A stretch of DNA of 21,510 nt from Gemmatales bacterium. Its GTDB lineage: Bacteria; Planctomycetota; Planctomycetia; Gemmatales; HRBIN36. Under the pieces are notes generated by a model. That model searched no databases. It was given only the letters and a program-made list of their open reading frames with translations, and had not been told where the DNA came from. The stretch spans positions 1 through 21,510 of the forward strand of contig JBEPZY010000007.1 in the NCBI GenBank assembly GCA_041640595.1, written 5' to 3'. Every line of letters begins with the position of its first letter. Position 1 is the stretch's first letter. A program made the position numbers and the translations under genes. This document shows positions 1 through 7,307 of this stretch, piece after piece.

Positions 1-2767
1 TTACACTGGTAATCGTCGGAGCCACACCGTCCACCAGCACGCCACTGGTGTTCGGCGGCGTGAAAGTCAGCACCGCGTTGTTGCCCGGAACGTCTGTGAG
101 CGTCCCGCCGTTGAGGTCAATCGGCGAGGCAACGGCAATGCCATCGCTGTCCAGGTCGCCCACCTGCACCGTGTAGCGGAAGAGCAGACTTGCCGAGCCG
201 CTGCCGGAGACGTAGGTGGCATAGCGGGTCGTGCTGCCGATGGTCAGCACCAGCCGCGGCGTGCCGGTAACTGCCACCACGTCGCTGAATAGCACCGTGA
301 AATCGAGGTGCTGCCCGACGATGTAGGTGCCGGCAGCCGGCCCGCTTACACTGGTAATCGTCGGAGCCACACCGTCCACCAGCACGCCACTGGTGTTCGG
401 CGGCGTGAAAGTCAGCCCCGCATTGTTACCCGGAACGTCTGTGATGGTGCCGCCGTTGAGGTCAATCGATGTAGAAGCAAAGGCAATGCCATCGGTGTCC
501 AGGTCGCCCGATTGCACCGTGTAGCGGAAGGTCAGTGTGCTGCCGGTGCCGCTCAGGTAGGTGGCGTAGCGGGTCGTGCTGCCGATGGTCAGCACCAGCC
601 GCGGCGTGCCGGTAACTGCCACCACCTCGCTGAACACCACCGTGAAATCGAGGTGCTGCCCGACGATGTACGTGGCGGCACCCGGCCCCGTCACGCTGGT
701 AATCGTCGGAGCCACACCGTCCACCAGCACGCCACTGGTATCCGGCGGCGTGAAAGTCAGCACCGCGTTGTTGCCCGGAACGTCTTTGATCGTCCCGCCG
801 TTGAGGTCAATCGGCGAAGCAACGGCAATGCCATCGCTGTCCAGATCGCCCGATTGCACCGTGTAACGGAAGGTCAGTGTGCTCGTGCCCGTGCCGCTCA
901 GGTACGTGGCGTATTGAGTCGTGCTGCCGATAGTCAGCACCAGCCGCGGCGTGCCGGTAACTGCCACCGCTTCGCTGAACACCACCGTGAAATCGAGGTT
1001 CTGCCCGACGATGTAGGTGCCGGCAGCCGGCCCCGTCACGCTGGTAATCGTCGGAGCCACACCGTCCAGTTTGACGTTGGGTAATGTGGTATCGGTAAAG
1101 GAAAGGGAGACGGAGTTACCAGCAGTGTCGGTGATGCTTGCGCCAGTCGGCAGTCGTATTGGCGAGGTGACAGTGATGCCGCTGGGAGCGTTGTCGCCGG
1201 CTTGCACGGTGTAGCTGAAGGTAAGGGTGTCGGTGGCACTGCCGGCAGTGTAAACGGCATCGCGGGACTGCACGCCGGAGCCGGTATCGAATGTGAAGCG
1301 AAGGATGGGAGTGCCGCTTACCAGGACTGGCCGACTGAAGCGAATGGAAAAGGTGAGGGTTGAACCCAGGCCGTAGGTTCCCGAAGGCGGTGGGGAAACC
1401 GACTGGATGTACGCGGGTTCATAGGCGAGCCAGAGTTCCAAACCAGTGCTGCCATTGTTGGCGCCAAGGAATAGCATGCCGTTAGCGTTGACCAGCTGTC
1501 CAGGCGTATCGCCCAGACCCAGACCGTTGCCGGGTTGAGCAAAATCAATAGCGAGGATCGTACCGGCAGCGGTCAGGTCGCTCTGCCACAACTCGTAGCC
1601 GTGCTGCCCATCGTTGGCGGCGAAGAAAAGGGTACCGTTGACGTTAGTGAGTGATCGCGGAACGGAAGAACCGGAAGGATGGATGTCTTTGACCAGCTGA
1701 GGCGTACCGGTGGCCGGGTCGAAAAGGAAAAGCTCCCGACCTACCGAGGGCGTGTTAGCGGAGAAAGCGAGCCGACCGTTGATGTTGGTAAGAGAACGTG
1801 GCTGGCTGTCGCCAGGGCCAGGATTAATGTCGGCAACAAGCGAAGTGTTGGCGGAAGAACCATCGGTCTTCCAGAGTTCGCGCCCGAGCCCGGCCTGGAT
1901 TGCCGAGAAATAAACCACTCCGTCCACTTCTGCAAATTCAGCCGGGTAAGAATGACCCGAACCCGGATTGATATCAAGAACGCGAAAAGTTTGGGAAGAA
2001 ACTGTATCGTGTGCCCAGAGCTCGGTTCCGGAAGTGCCATCGTTGGCAGCGAAGAGAAGTTTGTTGCCGAACGGGAAAAGAAAGGATGGATTGGAAGAGG
2101 CAGTGCCGGAATTGATGTCGGCCACCAAAGTAGCTGCGGTGAAATTGGCGTTGCTGCGGAACAACTCGCGGCCGTAGGTCGGGGAATTGGCGGTGAAAAA
2201 GAGCGTGTTGTTCAGGTTAGCCAGGAAACGCGGGGCGCTCAAACCGGTCGTCAGTGAGTCGAGGCGCTGAGTGGAGGCAGCATCGCCGTTGGATCGCCAG
2301 ATTTTATCGCCGGTGCCGTCGTTGGCTACGAAAAAGAGGGTTCCATTCACGTTGGTCAGGTATCTGGGCCGACTGGTGAATGCTCCCGAACCGATCTGGC
2401 GAACCAGAAAGGTTCCACTCGACGTACCATCGCTGCGCCACAAATGCCAGGAGTTGGTGCCATCCATAGCCACGAAGAAGACCGTGCCGGAAACGTTGGT
2501 CAAATTTTGGGGTTGACTGGCACCGGCACCAGGGTTGATGTCGGCGATCAAGCGGTAAGTGAGCGCAGGTGCGGTGCGTGCTTCCAACCAATCGAAGCCC
2601 AGTGAAACCAGCAGGCATCGCCTTTGCCGGCATGTGGTGCGAAAGGAGACTTTTCGTGTTAGCCCCAGGCGTCTCGACCATCGCGGAAAGCACTCGCCAG
2701 GGAGACGTAAGAAACGCATCCAGCCCCGAAACCACCGGCGAAAAAGTTGCCAGATCCAGAACGACAT
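1..2767 (-). CDS. Large secreted/surface adhesin-like protein, partial (3' end lies beyond position 1): planctomycete-type N-terminal export motif, ELWxxDGT-repeat beta-propeller, tandem Ig-like repeats
   Basis: Translated by hand from ATG at 2767: MSFWIWQLFRRWFRGW...RQRRCLLVSLGFDWLEARTAPA, then ADINPG..S.P..LTNVNGTLFF.A.DG..G.ELW.SDGT-type repeats, then repeats of DGVAPTITSV.GP..GTY..GQ.LDFTV.FS. The frame (codon starts at positions 1 mod 3) is the same at 2767, 1438 and 10, and I saw no stop. Over 920 codons lie in the window. Confidence 0.92.
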   Translation of the reverse strand, partial: MSFWIWQLFRRWFRGWMRFLRLPGECFPRWSRRLGLTRKVSFRTTCRQRRCLLVSLGFDWLEARTAPALTYRLIADINPGAGASQPQNLTNVSGTVFFVAMDGTNSWHLWRSDGTSSGTFLVRQIGSGAFTSRPRYLTNVNGTLFFVANDGTGDKIWRSNGDAASTQRLDSLTTGLSAPRFLANLNNTLFFTANSPTYGRELFRSNANFTAATLVADINSGTASSNPSFLFPFGNKLLFAANDGTSGTELWAHDTVSSQTFRVLDINPGSGHSYPAEFAEVDGVVYFSAIQAGLGRELWKTDGSSANTSLVADINPGPGDSQPRSLTNINGRLAFSANTPSVGRELFLFDPATGTPQLVKDIHPSGSSVPRSLTNVNGTLFFAANDGQHGYELWQSDLTAAGTILAIDFAQPGNGLGLGDTPGQLVNANGMLFLGANNGSTGLELWLAYEPAYIQSVSPPPSGTYGLGSTLTFSIRFSRPVLVSGTPILRFTFDTGSGVQSRDAVYTAGSATDTLTFSYTVQAGDNAPSGITVTSPIRLPTGASITDTAGNSVSLSFTDTTLPNVKLDGVAPTITSVTGPAAGTYIVGQNLDFTVVFSEAVAVTGTPRLVLTIGSTTQYATYLSGTGTSTLTFRYTVQSGDLDSDGIAVASPIDLNGGTIKDVPGNNAVLTFTPPDTSGVLVDGVAPTITSVTGPGAATYIVGQHLDFTVVFSEVVAVTGTPRLVLTIGSTTRYATYLSGTGSTLTFRYTVQSGDLDTDGIAFASTSIDLNGGTITDVPGNNAGLTFTPPNTSGVLVDGVAPTITSVSGPAAGTYIVGQHLDFTVLFSDVVAVTGTPRLVLTIGSTTRYATYVSGSGSASLLFRYTVQVGDLDSDGIAVASPIDLNGGTLTDVPGNNAVLTFTPPNTSGVLVDGVAPTITSV
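6..1068. repeat. 345-bp tandem coding repeat (115-aa Ig-like domain): three full near-identical copies, plus a diverged copy at about 1066-1410. The array continues off the left edge.
   Basis: The anchor CTGGTAATCGTCGGAGCCACACCGTCCA occurs at 6, 351, 696 and 1041, an exact 345-bp period. Confidence 0.97.
1425..2560 (-). repeat. Eight ELWxxDGT-like repeats of about 47 aa (probable 8-bladed beta-propeller)
   Basis: Repeat cores: HLWRSDGT, KIWRSNGD, ELFRSNAN, ELWAHDTV, ELWKTDGS, ELFLFDPA, ELWQSDLT, ELWLAYEP. Each is preceded by an LTNVNGTLFF-like strand. Confidence 0.85.
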
Positions 2768-2843
2768 GGTTCCATCCCCGTGCTAGCCGTCATAAAACGA
2801 CAGTCGCCGATTTTCTCTATCCTGGACGTCAGATATGAAATTC

Positions 2844-2871
2844 ATTTTGCAGCGGGGAACTTCGCTGTCAA
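2844..2871 (-). promoter_or_regulatory. Candidate sigma70 promoter for the surface protein gene
   Basis: Perfect TTGACA (2871-2866), 16-nt spacer, then CAAAAT, about 75 nt upstream of the ATG. The spacer region is an imperfect inverted repeat (CAGCG-N8-CGCTG). Confidence 0.4.
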
Positions 2872-3031
2872 CAAAAAATCTGTGAAAATTTTTGGGCGGA
2901 ATTGAGCTGGTTGGGCGTGGGTCCGGAACCGCTGTGTTGCCTCAGAGTGGCCGAATGGGAATCCCGCGTGCCATTGCGGCGGAACAACGGGACAGTGTTG
3001 CCTGGGAGTGCGGCAGTAGAAAACTTCCCCC

Positions 3032-3064
3032 TTGACGGTACGGAACGAGGTCGTATGCTATAAA
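3032..3064 (+). promoter_or_regulatory. Candidate sigma70 promoter of feoAAB
   Basis: TTGACG (3032-3037), 16 nt, TATGCT (3054-3059). An overlapping TGcTATAAA extended -10-like element is also present. Confidence 0.55.
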
Positions 3065-3080
3065 TGAGACCTTTTCTCAA
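3064..3080. promoter_or_regulatory. Fur-box-like operator (TGAGA-N5-TCTCA)
   Basis: aTGAGAcctttTCTCAa has the 15-bp (7-1-7) geometry of Fur-family boxes. It sits at the predicted transcription start of an iron uptake operon. Confidence 0.6.
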
Positions 3081-3103
3081 AAAGATTCGGGAGTGGAACA
3101 TCA

Positions 3104-3349
3104 ATGCCGCGTAGCGTACCGCTGGAAGAACTGGAACGCGGAGAGTGGGCGGAAGTGGATTTGATTCAGGGGGAGCTCAGCTGGGTGCAACGCTTGGAGG
3201 AACTGGGGCTGCGCCATGGGGAAACGATTCAAATGCTGCAGCCGGGTTCGCCCTGTCTGGTGAGTTTGGGTGGCAGCCGACTGATGTTGCGTTTGAATGG
3301 CAGCGGTCGCATTTGGGTACGCCGAGCTCACGATGGCCTGGAGCCATGA
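3104..3349 (+). CDS. feoA: Ferrous iron transport protein A (FeoA, SH3-like)
   Basis: PLEEL..GE.A.V..I.G....VQRLEELGLRHG..I.ML..GSPCLV.LGGSRL.LR pattern. GGAG SD upstream; lies upstream of feoB. Confidence 0.9.
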   Translation: MPRSVPLEELERGEWAEVDLIQGELSWVQRLEELGLRHGETIQMLQPGSPCLVSLGGSRLMLRLNGSGRIWVRRAHDGLEP

Positions 3350-3600
3350 CTCGCCTGCACGAGTTGCTGCCCGGTCAGCGAGGCCGGATTCTGATGATTG
3401 AAGGCAGTGACCATGTTGCACGGAGATTGCAGGAAATGGGCCTGCTGGAGGGAGATACGATAGAAGTGTTAGCCCTGGCTCCACTAGGGGATCCCATGGA
3501 GGTCCGCGTTGGCGATTCGCGGCTAAGTATCCGAAAAAGGGAAGCTCAGCGAGTGATTGTCAGCGACCTGTCCGGTGCTGACGAAAGGAGGTCGCAATAA
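3346..3600 (+). CDS. feoA: Second FeoA protein
   Basis: True start is ATG 3346 (ATGA overlap with the first feoA stop). Sequence includes MTRLHELLPGQRGRI...RRLQEMGLLEG..IEV...APLGDPMEVRV...RLSIRK.EA. Confidence 0.95.
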   Translation: MTRLHELLPGQRGRILMIEGSDHVARRLQEMGLLEGDTIEVLALAPLGDPMEVRVGDSRLSIRKREAQRVIVSDLSGADERRSQ

Positions 3601-3691
3601 GCGGTGGAGTAACTGCGATCGTGTCCTTCGGGGCGATTAGTGGGAACCACCCAAGCCGTTAGGCCACAACTATCAAGACTATCCCTTTTGC

Positions 3692-6094
3692 ATGAGAGCT
3701 CCTCAAGACTACACCAGTGCCGATTGCAAGCCCGGTGAGAAAGCTTCGCCGTTAGCGCAGGACGCTAAGCCTGTTGAGACTGCATCTGTTTTGCCGCGGC
3801 CTGGCGTGATGCGTGCGGCGTTGGTCGGCAATCCGAACACAGGTAAGACGACGCTTTTCAATGCCCTGTGCGGGTTGCGGCAGCGGACGGGGAATTATCC
3901 TGGGGTTACGGTGGAGATCAAGAAGGGGCAATTCACGGTCGGCAACCGGCAGGTGGAACTCGTTGATTTGCCCGGTACTTATAGCCTGTCGCCTCGCAGT
4001 CCGGATGAAATGCTGGCGGTGGAACTGGTGCTGGGGTTGCGGCAGGATGAACCGGCTCCGGATGTGCTGGTGTGCATCGCGGATGCGTCCAATCTGGAAC
4101 GGAATCTGTATCTCACGGCGCAGTTGCTGGAACTGGGTCGGCCTGTGGTACTGGCGTTGAACATGATGGACCTGGTGGCCCGACAGGGAAGAGAAATTGA
4201 TACGGCGTTGCTGCAAGAAAGGCTGGGTATCCCGGTCGTGCCGATCCAGGCCAACAAAAAGCTGGGACTGGAGAGGCTCAAGCAAACGCTATTGGAATCG
4301 GTGCAGAATGGGCCTCCACCCCGGCCGACGGTTTTTCCTGAAGCCTTTGAGATGGAGGTGAACAATATAGCTCGATGGTTGGGTGAACACGCTGGCTTGC
4401 GGCAAGCCGGCGAAACAGGTACCGAGGCAACAAGAGCCGACGGCGGACGGGCAGGTTCACAGAACTCGGAAACGGATGCGGAAGTTTGGCCGAGGTTTTT
4501 GCTGTATCGGCTTCTGCTGGATCGGAGTGGGTCGGTAGAAAAATACTTCGGTGAGCGGTATGGAAACGAGCTCCTGCATCAAGTCGAAGAAGCGCGCAGC
4601 CGTCTAGCCGAGCAGGGGATAAACCTCGCCGGTCTGGAACCGCGGGTGCGTTATGCGTGGTTGCGGCAGCGATTACGTGACTGCGTTCGGCAAGTGCGAC
4701 CTCCGGCAATCAGCTGGACGGATCGGCTCGACCGGTTGCTGACGCATAAACTCTGGGGAACTCTGATTTTTCTGGCGCTGATGCTGGCGGTGTTCTGGTC
4801 CATTTTCAGCGGGGCCGAGCCACTCATGCATCTGCTGGAATGGAGCATCAGTACCATCGGTGAGCATCTGGCGGACTGGTTGTTGCCGGAACCAGGCATG
4901 CTTCGGAGTTTGTTCCTGGATGGTATCGTCAAAGGAGTGGGAAGCGTGGTGGTGTTTTTGCCGCAAATCATGATTCTTTTCGGGTTCATCGCGGTGCTGG
5001 AGGATTGTGGCTACATGGCCCGCGCAGCTTTTTTGATGGACAAGCTGATGGCCAAGTGCGGTCTGAGCGGAAAATCGTTTATTCCCTTGTTGAGTTCGTT
5101 TGCATGTGCTATCCCTGGCATTATGGCCACGCGGGTCATCGAGGATCGGCGAGACCGGCTGGCAACGATTCTCATTGCTCCGCTGATGAGTTGTTCAGCC
5201 AGGTTACCGGTCTATAACCTGATGATCGCAACGTTTATCGCAACCAGTACGGCGTTGGGGCACTGGTTACCGGCTCTGGTGCTGCTGAGCATGTATTTGA
5301 TCGGCATTATCCTGGCACCGGTGGTGGCCTGGGCGCTGAAAAGAACGGTGTTACGCGGAGAGACGCCGGTTTTTATGCTGGAGTTGCCTCCTTACAAAGT
5401 GCCGGCGTTATCGCTGGTGATATATCGGATGGTGGATCGCGGCTGGGCTTTCCTTCGCCGTGCCGGAACCTTGATCCTGGCGAGTATGGTGATCGTGTGG
5501 GCGTTGCTCTATTTTCCTCGCACCGGCACAACGGCTGACGGTCGGGAAATTGATTACGAAGCGGAATGTAGCCGATTGCTGCGGGAAATGGATCGGGCCG
5601 AAGACGAGACAACGAAAGCGGAGTTGCAAAGCCGGTGGCTGGAATTGCAGGGTCAATGGCGACGGCAAAGCTGGTTGGGTCGGGCTGGCCGATGGCTGGA
5701 ACCGTTGGTGCGACCGCTCGGTTGGGACTGGCGGATTGGCATGGCGGCGCTGGCAAGTTTCCCGGCACGGGAAGTCGTGGTCGGAACCCTCGGTATCATT
5801 TTCGACGTCGGCGAACAGGTCGAAGATGAGGCAGAGTCGCGGTTGCTACGAGAGCAATTGCAGCAAGCGGAGTGGGAAGATGGAACCGGTCGGCGGTTGT
5901 TCACGGTGCCGGTGGCGCTGTCGCTGATGGTATTTTTTGCCTTGTGCAGTCAGTGCGTTTCGACCCTTGCCGTTATCCGCCGCGAAACCAACAGCTGGCG
6001 CTGGCCTATCTTTACCTTCGTTTACATGACCGGGCTGGCGTATTTGGGAGCGCTGGTGACCTACCAGGTTGGTCGGTGGTTTGCTGGGAGCTAA
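3692..6094 (+). CDS. feoB: Ferrous iron transporter FeoB (GTPase plus membrane permease)
   Basis: G1 GNPNTGKT, G2 NYPGVTVE, G3 DLPG, G4 NMMD; LEDCGYMARAAF, PLMSCSARLPVY and AREVVV gate motifs. The start could instead be 3806 or 3809. Confidence 0.97.
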   Translation: MRAPQDYTSADCKPGEKASPLAQDAKPVETASVLPRPGVMRAALVGNPNTGKTTLFNALCGLRQRTGNYPGVTVEIKKGQFTVGNRQVELVDLPGTYSLSPRSPDEMLAVELVLGLRQDEPAPDVLVCIADASNLERNLYLTAQLLELGRPVVLALNMMDLVARQGREIDTALLQERLGIPVVPIQANKKLGLERLKQTLLESVQNGPPPRPTVFPEAFEMEVNNIARWLGEHAGLRQAGETGTEATRADGGRAGSQNSETDAEVWPRFLLYRLLLDRSGSVEKYFGERYGNELLHQVEEARSRLAEQGINLAGLEPRVRYAWLRQRLRDCVRQVRPPAISWTDRLDRLLTHKLWGTLIFLALMLAVFWSIFSGAEPLMHLLEWSISTIGEHLADWLLPEPGMLRSLFLDGIVKGVGSVVVFLPQIMILFGFIAVLEDCGYMARAAFLMDKLMAKCGLSGKSFIPLLSSFACAIPGIMATRVIEDRRDRLATILIAPLMSCSARLPVYNLMIATFIATSTALGHWLPALVLLSMYLIGIILAPVVAWALKRTVLRGETPVFMLELPPYKVPALSLVIYRMVDRGWAFLRRAGTLILASMVIVWALLYFPRTGTTADGREIDYEAECSRLLREMDRAEDETTKAELQSRWLELQGQWRRQSWLGRAGRWLEPLVRPLGWDWRIGMAALASFPAREVVVGTLGIIFDVGEQVEDEAESRLLREQLQQAEWEDGTGRRLFTVPVALSLMVFFALCSQCVSTLAVIRRETNSWRWPIFTFVYMTGLAYLGALVTYQVGRWFAGS

Positions 6095-6232
6095 CGGGTT
6101 CTGAGCAAGGCACGGTGTGCTCCGGTGCGAATGGCAGGCTGCCCGCCGAATGGGAGGTTCGCGGAGGTAAAACCGTTGCAGAGAGTCGTGGGATGTCCGC
6201 TACCTGGCCGGAATTGATAAGCAGCGGGGTAA

Positions 6233-6814
6233 CTACAGGCAGCGTTTCAACTGGAGCAGGATAGCCCGTTCGAGAGCGTGATCCCGGCCCATGGGAATCC
6301 ATTGTGTGGTGGTTGGCTTGCTGGGTGGAACTACGTAAACACGCCCCGGAGTTTCTTCCAATCGCTGGATCACGGCACCGGCGCTGGCATGGCTGGGTTG
6401 GGGAACATCCTCCAGTTCCTTGAACACCTTGACTTCGACGTAAAACCCGCCGGCTTCGGCTGGAATAATGGTGGCCACACAGCGTCGGCGGATGCTCTGC
6501 AAAGTCGTCTCCGTGGATTCGTAGGAATCGTAGGGAACCGGGTTCCAGGGTTCTAACCAGCCGGCGGAAACGAGGTAGTCGCTTTCGATTCTGCCATCGT
6601 AGCGGTTGGAATACGCGATCGGGAAGTAACTGGCGACCGCCTGGGTGGTCTTACGAAAGACCAGTTCGTAGGCGTCGGGCATCTGGGCTTGTGCGATGAA
6701 GAGGGGATTTTCTACAGTCATTTCCGGCACGATCAGAGTGGGCCAGTTTGGCGAGGGACTGGCCAGGCAACCCGCCAGAACAGTTACCAACCCGCTCAGT
6801 GTCAGTGTGCGCAT
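6233..6814 (-). CDS. Hypothetical lipoprotein (193 aa)
   Basis: ATG 6814 gives MRTLTLSGLVTVLAG-C, a canonical lipobox. The globular body includes YSNRYDGRIES and VEVKVFKELEDV. The ORF-track extension to 7003 looks non-coding. Confidence 0.75.
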   Translation of the reverse strand: MRTLTLSGLVTVLAGCLASPSPNWPTLIVPEMTVENPLFIAQAQMPDAYELVFRKTTQAVASYFPIAYSNRYDGRIESDYLVSAGWLEPWNPVPYDSYESTETTLQSIRRRCVATIIPAEAGGFYVEVKVFKELEDVPQPSHASAGAVIQRLEETPGRVYVVPPSKPTTTQWIPMGRDHALERAILLQLKRCL

Positions 6815-7307
6815 GGGTTCTGAACGGTGCCAGAACTTGCCCGATCGGGACGCTCCGCCAGTATGGATTGTGCCAGTTTTTCTTTCTCCCCGCATGGTCA
6901 GACGGCCCCCGTTCCGAAGCGGTTTTTCACCACGCCAGGCCGGTCGGTTGACAGCGGCGGTTATGCAAAGCCCAGGCGGTGGGTTTATGCCAAAACCGTC
7001 CAAATAGGCAAGGCCACCGCAGGAATGGTCTTTTCGGGTGGAGCGGCAGGTGGGTGTGGTATGCTTGGTGTGGCAAGACGGCGGACAAAATCGGGCTTTT
7101 CAGAATCCAGCGAAGGCGTAAAATGTAGTGTGCAAAACAGGCTTGGCCTACCCCCGCTGTCGCCTGGTTCGGGGCCAGGCGGACAGTAAACCATAATTGG
7201 CCAGGAGTGTCCCCGGGGGAGGGCAATATATGTGATTGGCTTCTGGACGGTGTGGGAGAAGGCAAATCGTGTCCGAGATAGATGCGATTTGCCCGAGGAG
7301 TACAGGG

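Noticed and set aside
6..1068. Regularly spaced identical 28-44 nt blocks resembling a CRISPR array or DGR template/variable repeats
   Set aside because: The intervening sequences are homologous and in-frame coding, the period is 345 bp, the differences are not adenine-specific, and no cas or reverse transcriptase gene is present.
308..2516. Plus-strand ORFs (308-1084, 327-524, 576-866, 1017-1214, 1679-2257, 2271-2516)
   Set aside because: Antisense shadows of the repetitive, GC-rich minus-strand surface protein gene; no recognisable motifs.
2900..3030. Possible cobalamin or metal riboswitch upstream of feoA
   Set aside because: The conserved core elements are not present in order, and the segment lies upstream of the predicted promoter.
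3145..3345. N-terminal extension of the second feoA in the ORF track
   Set aside because: It overlaps the first feoA in another frame; ATG 3346 gives a normal-length FeoA with translational coupling.
3563..3610. Hairpin GCGACCT...AGGTCGC containing an AAGGAGG and a CTGACGA motif at the end of the second feoA (riboswitch or hammerhead?)
   Set aside because: No properly spaced productive start follows the SD-like sequence, and the hammerhead stem II/GAAA architecture is missing.
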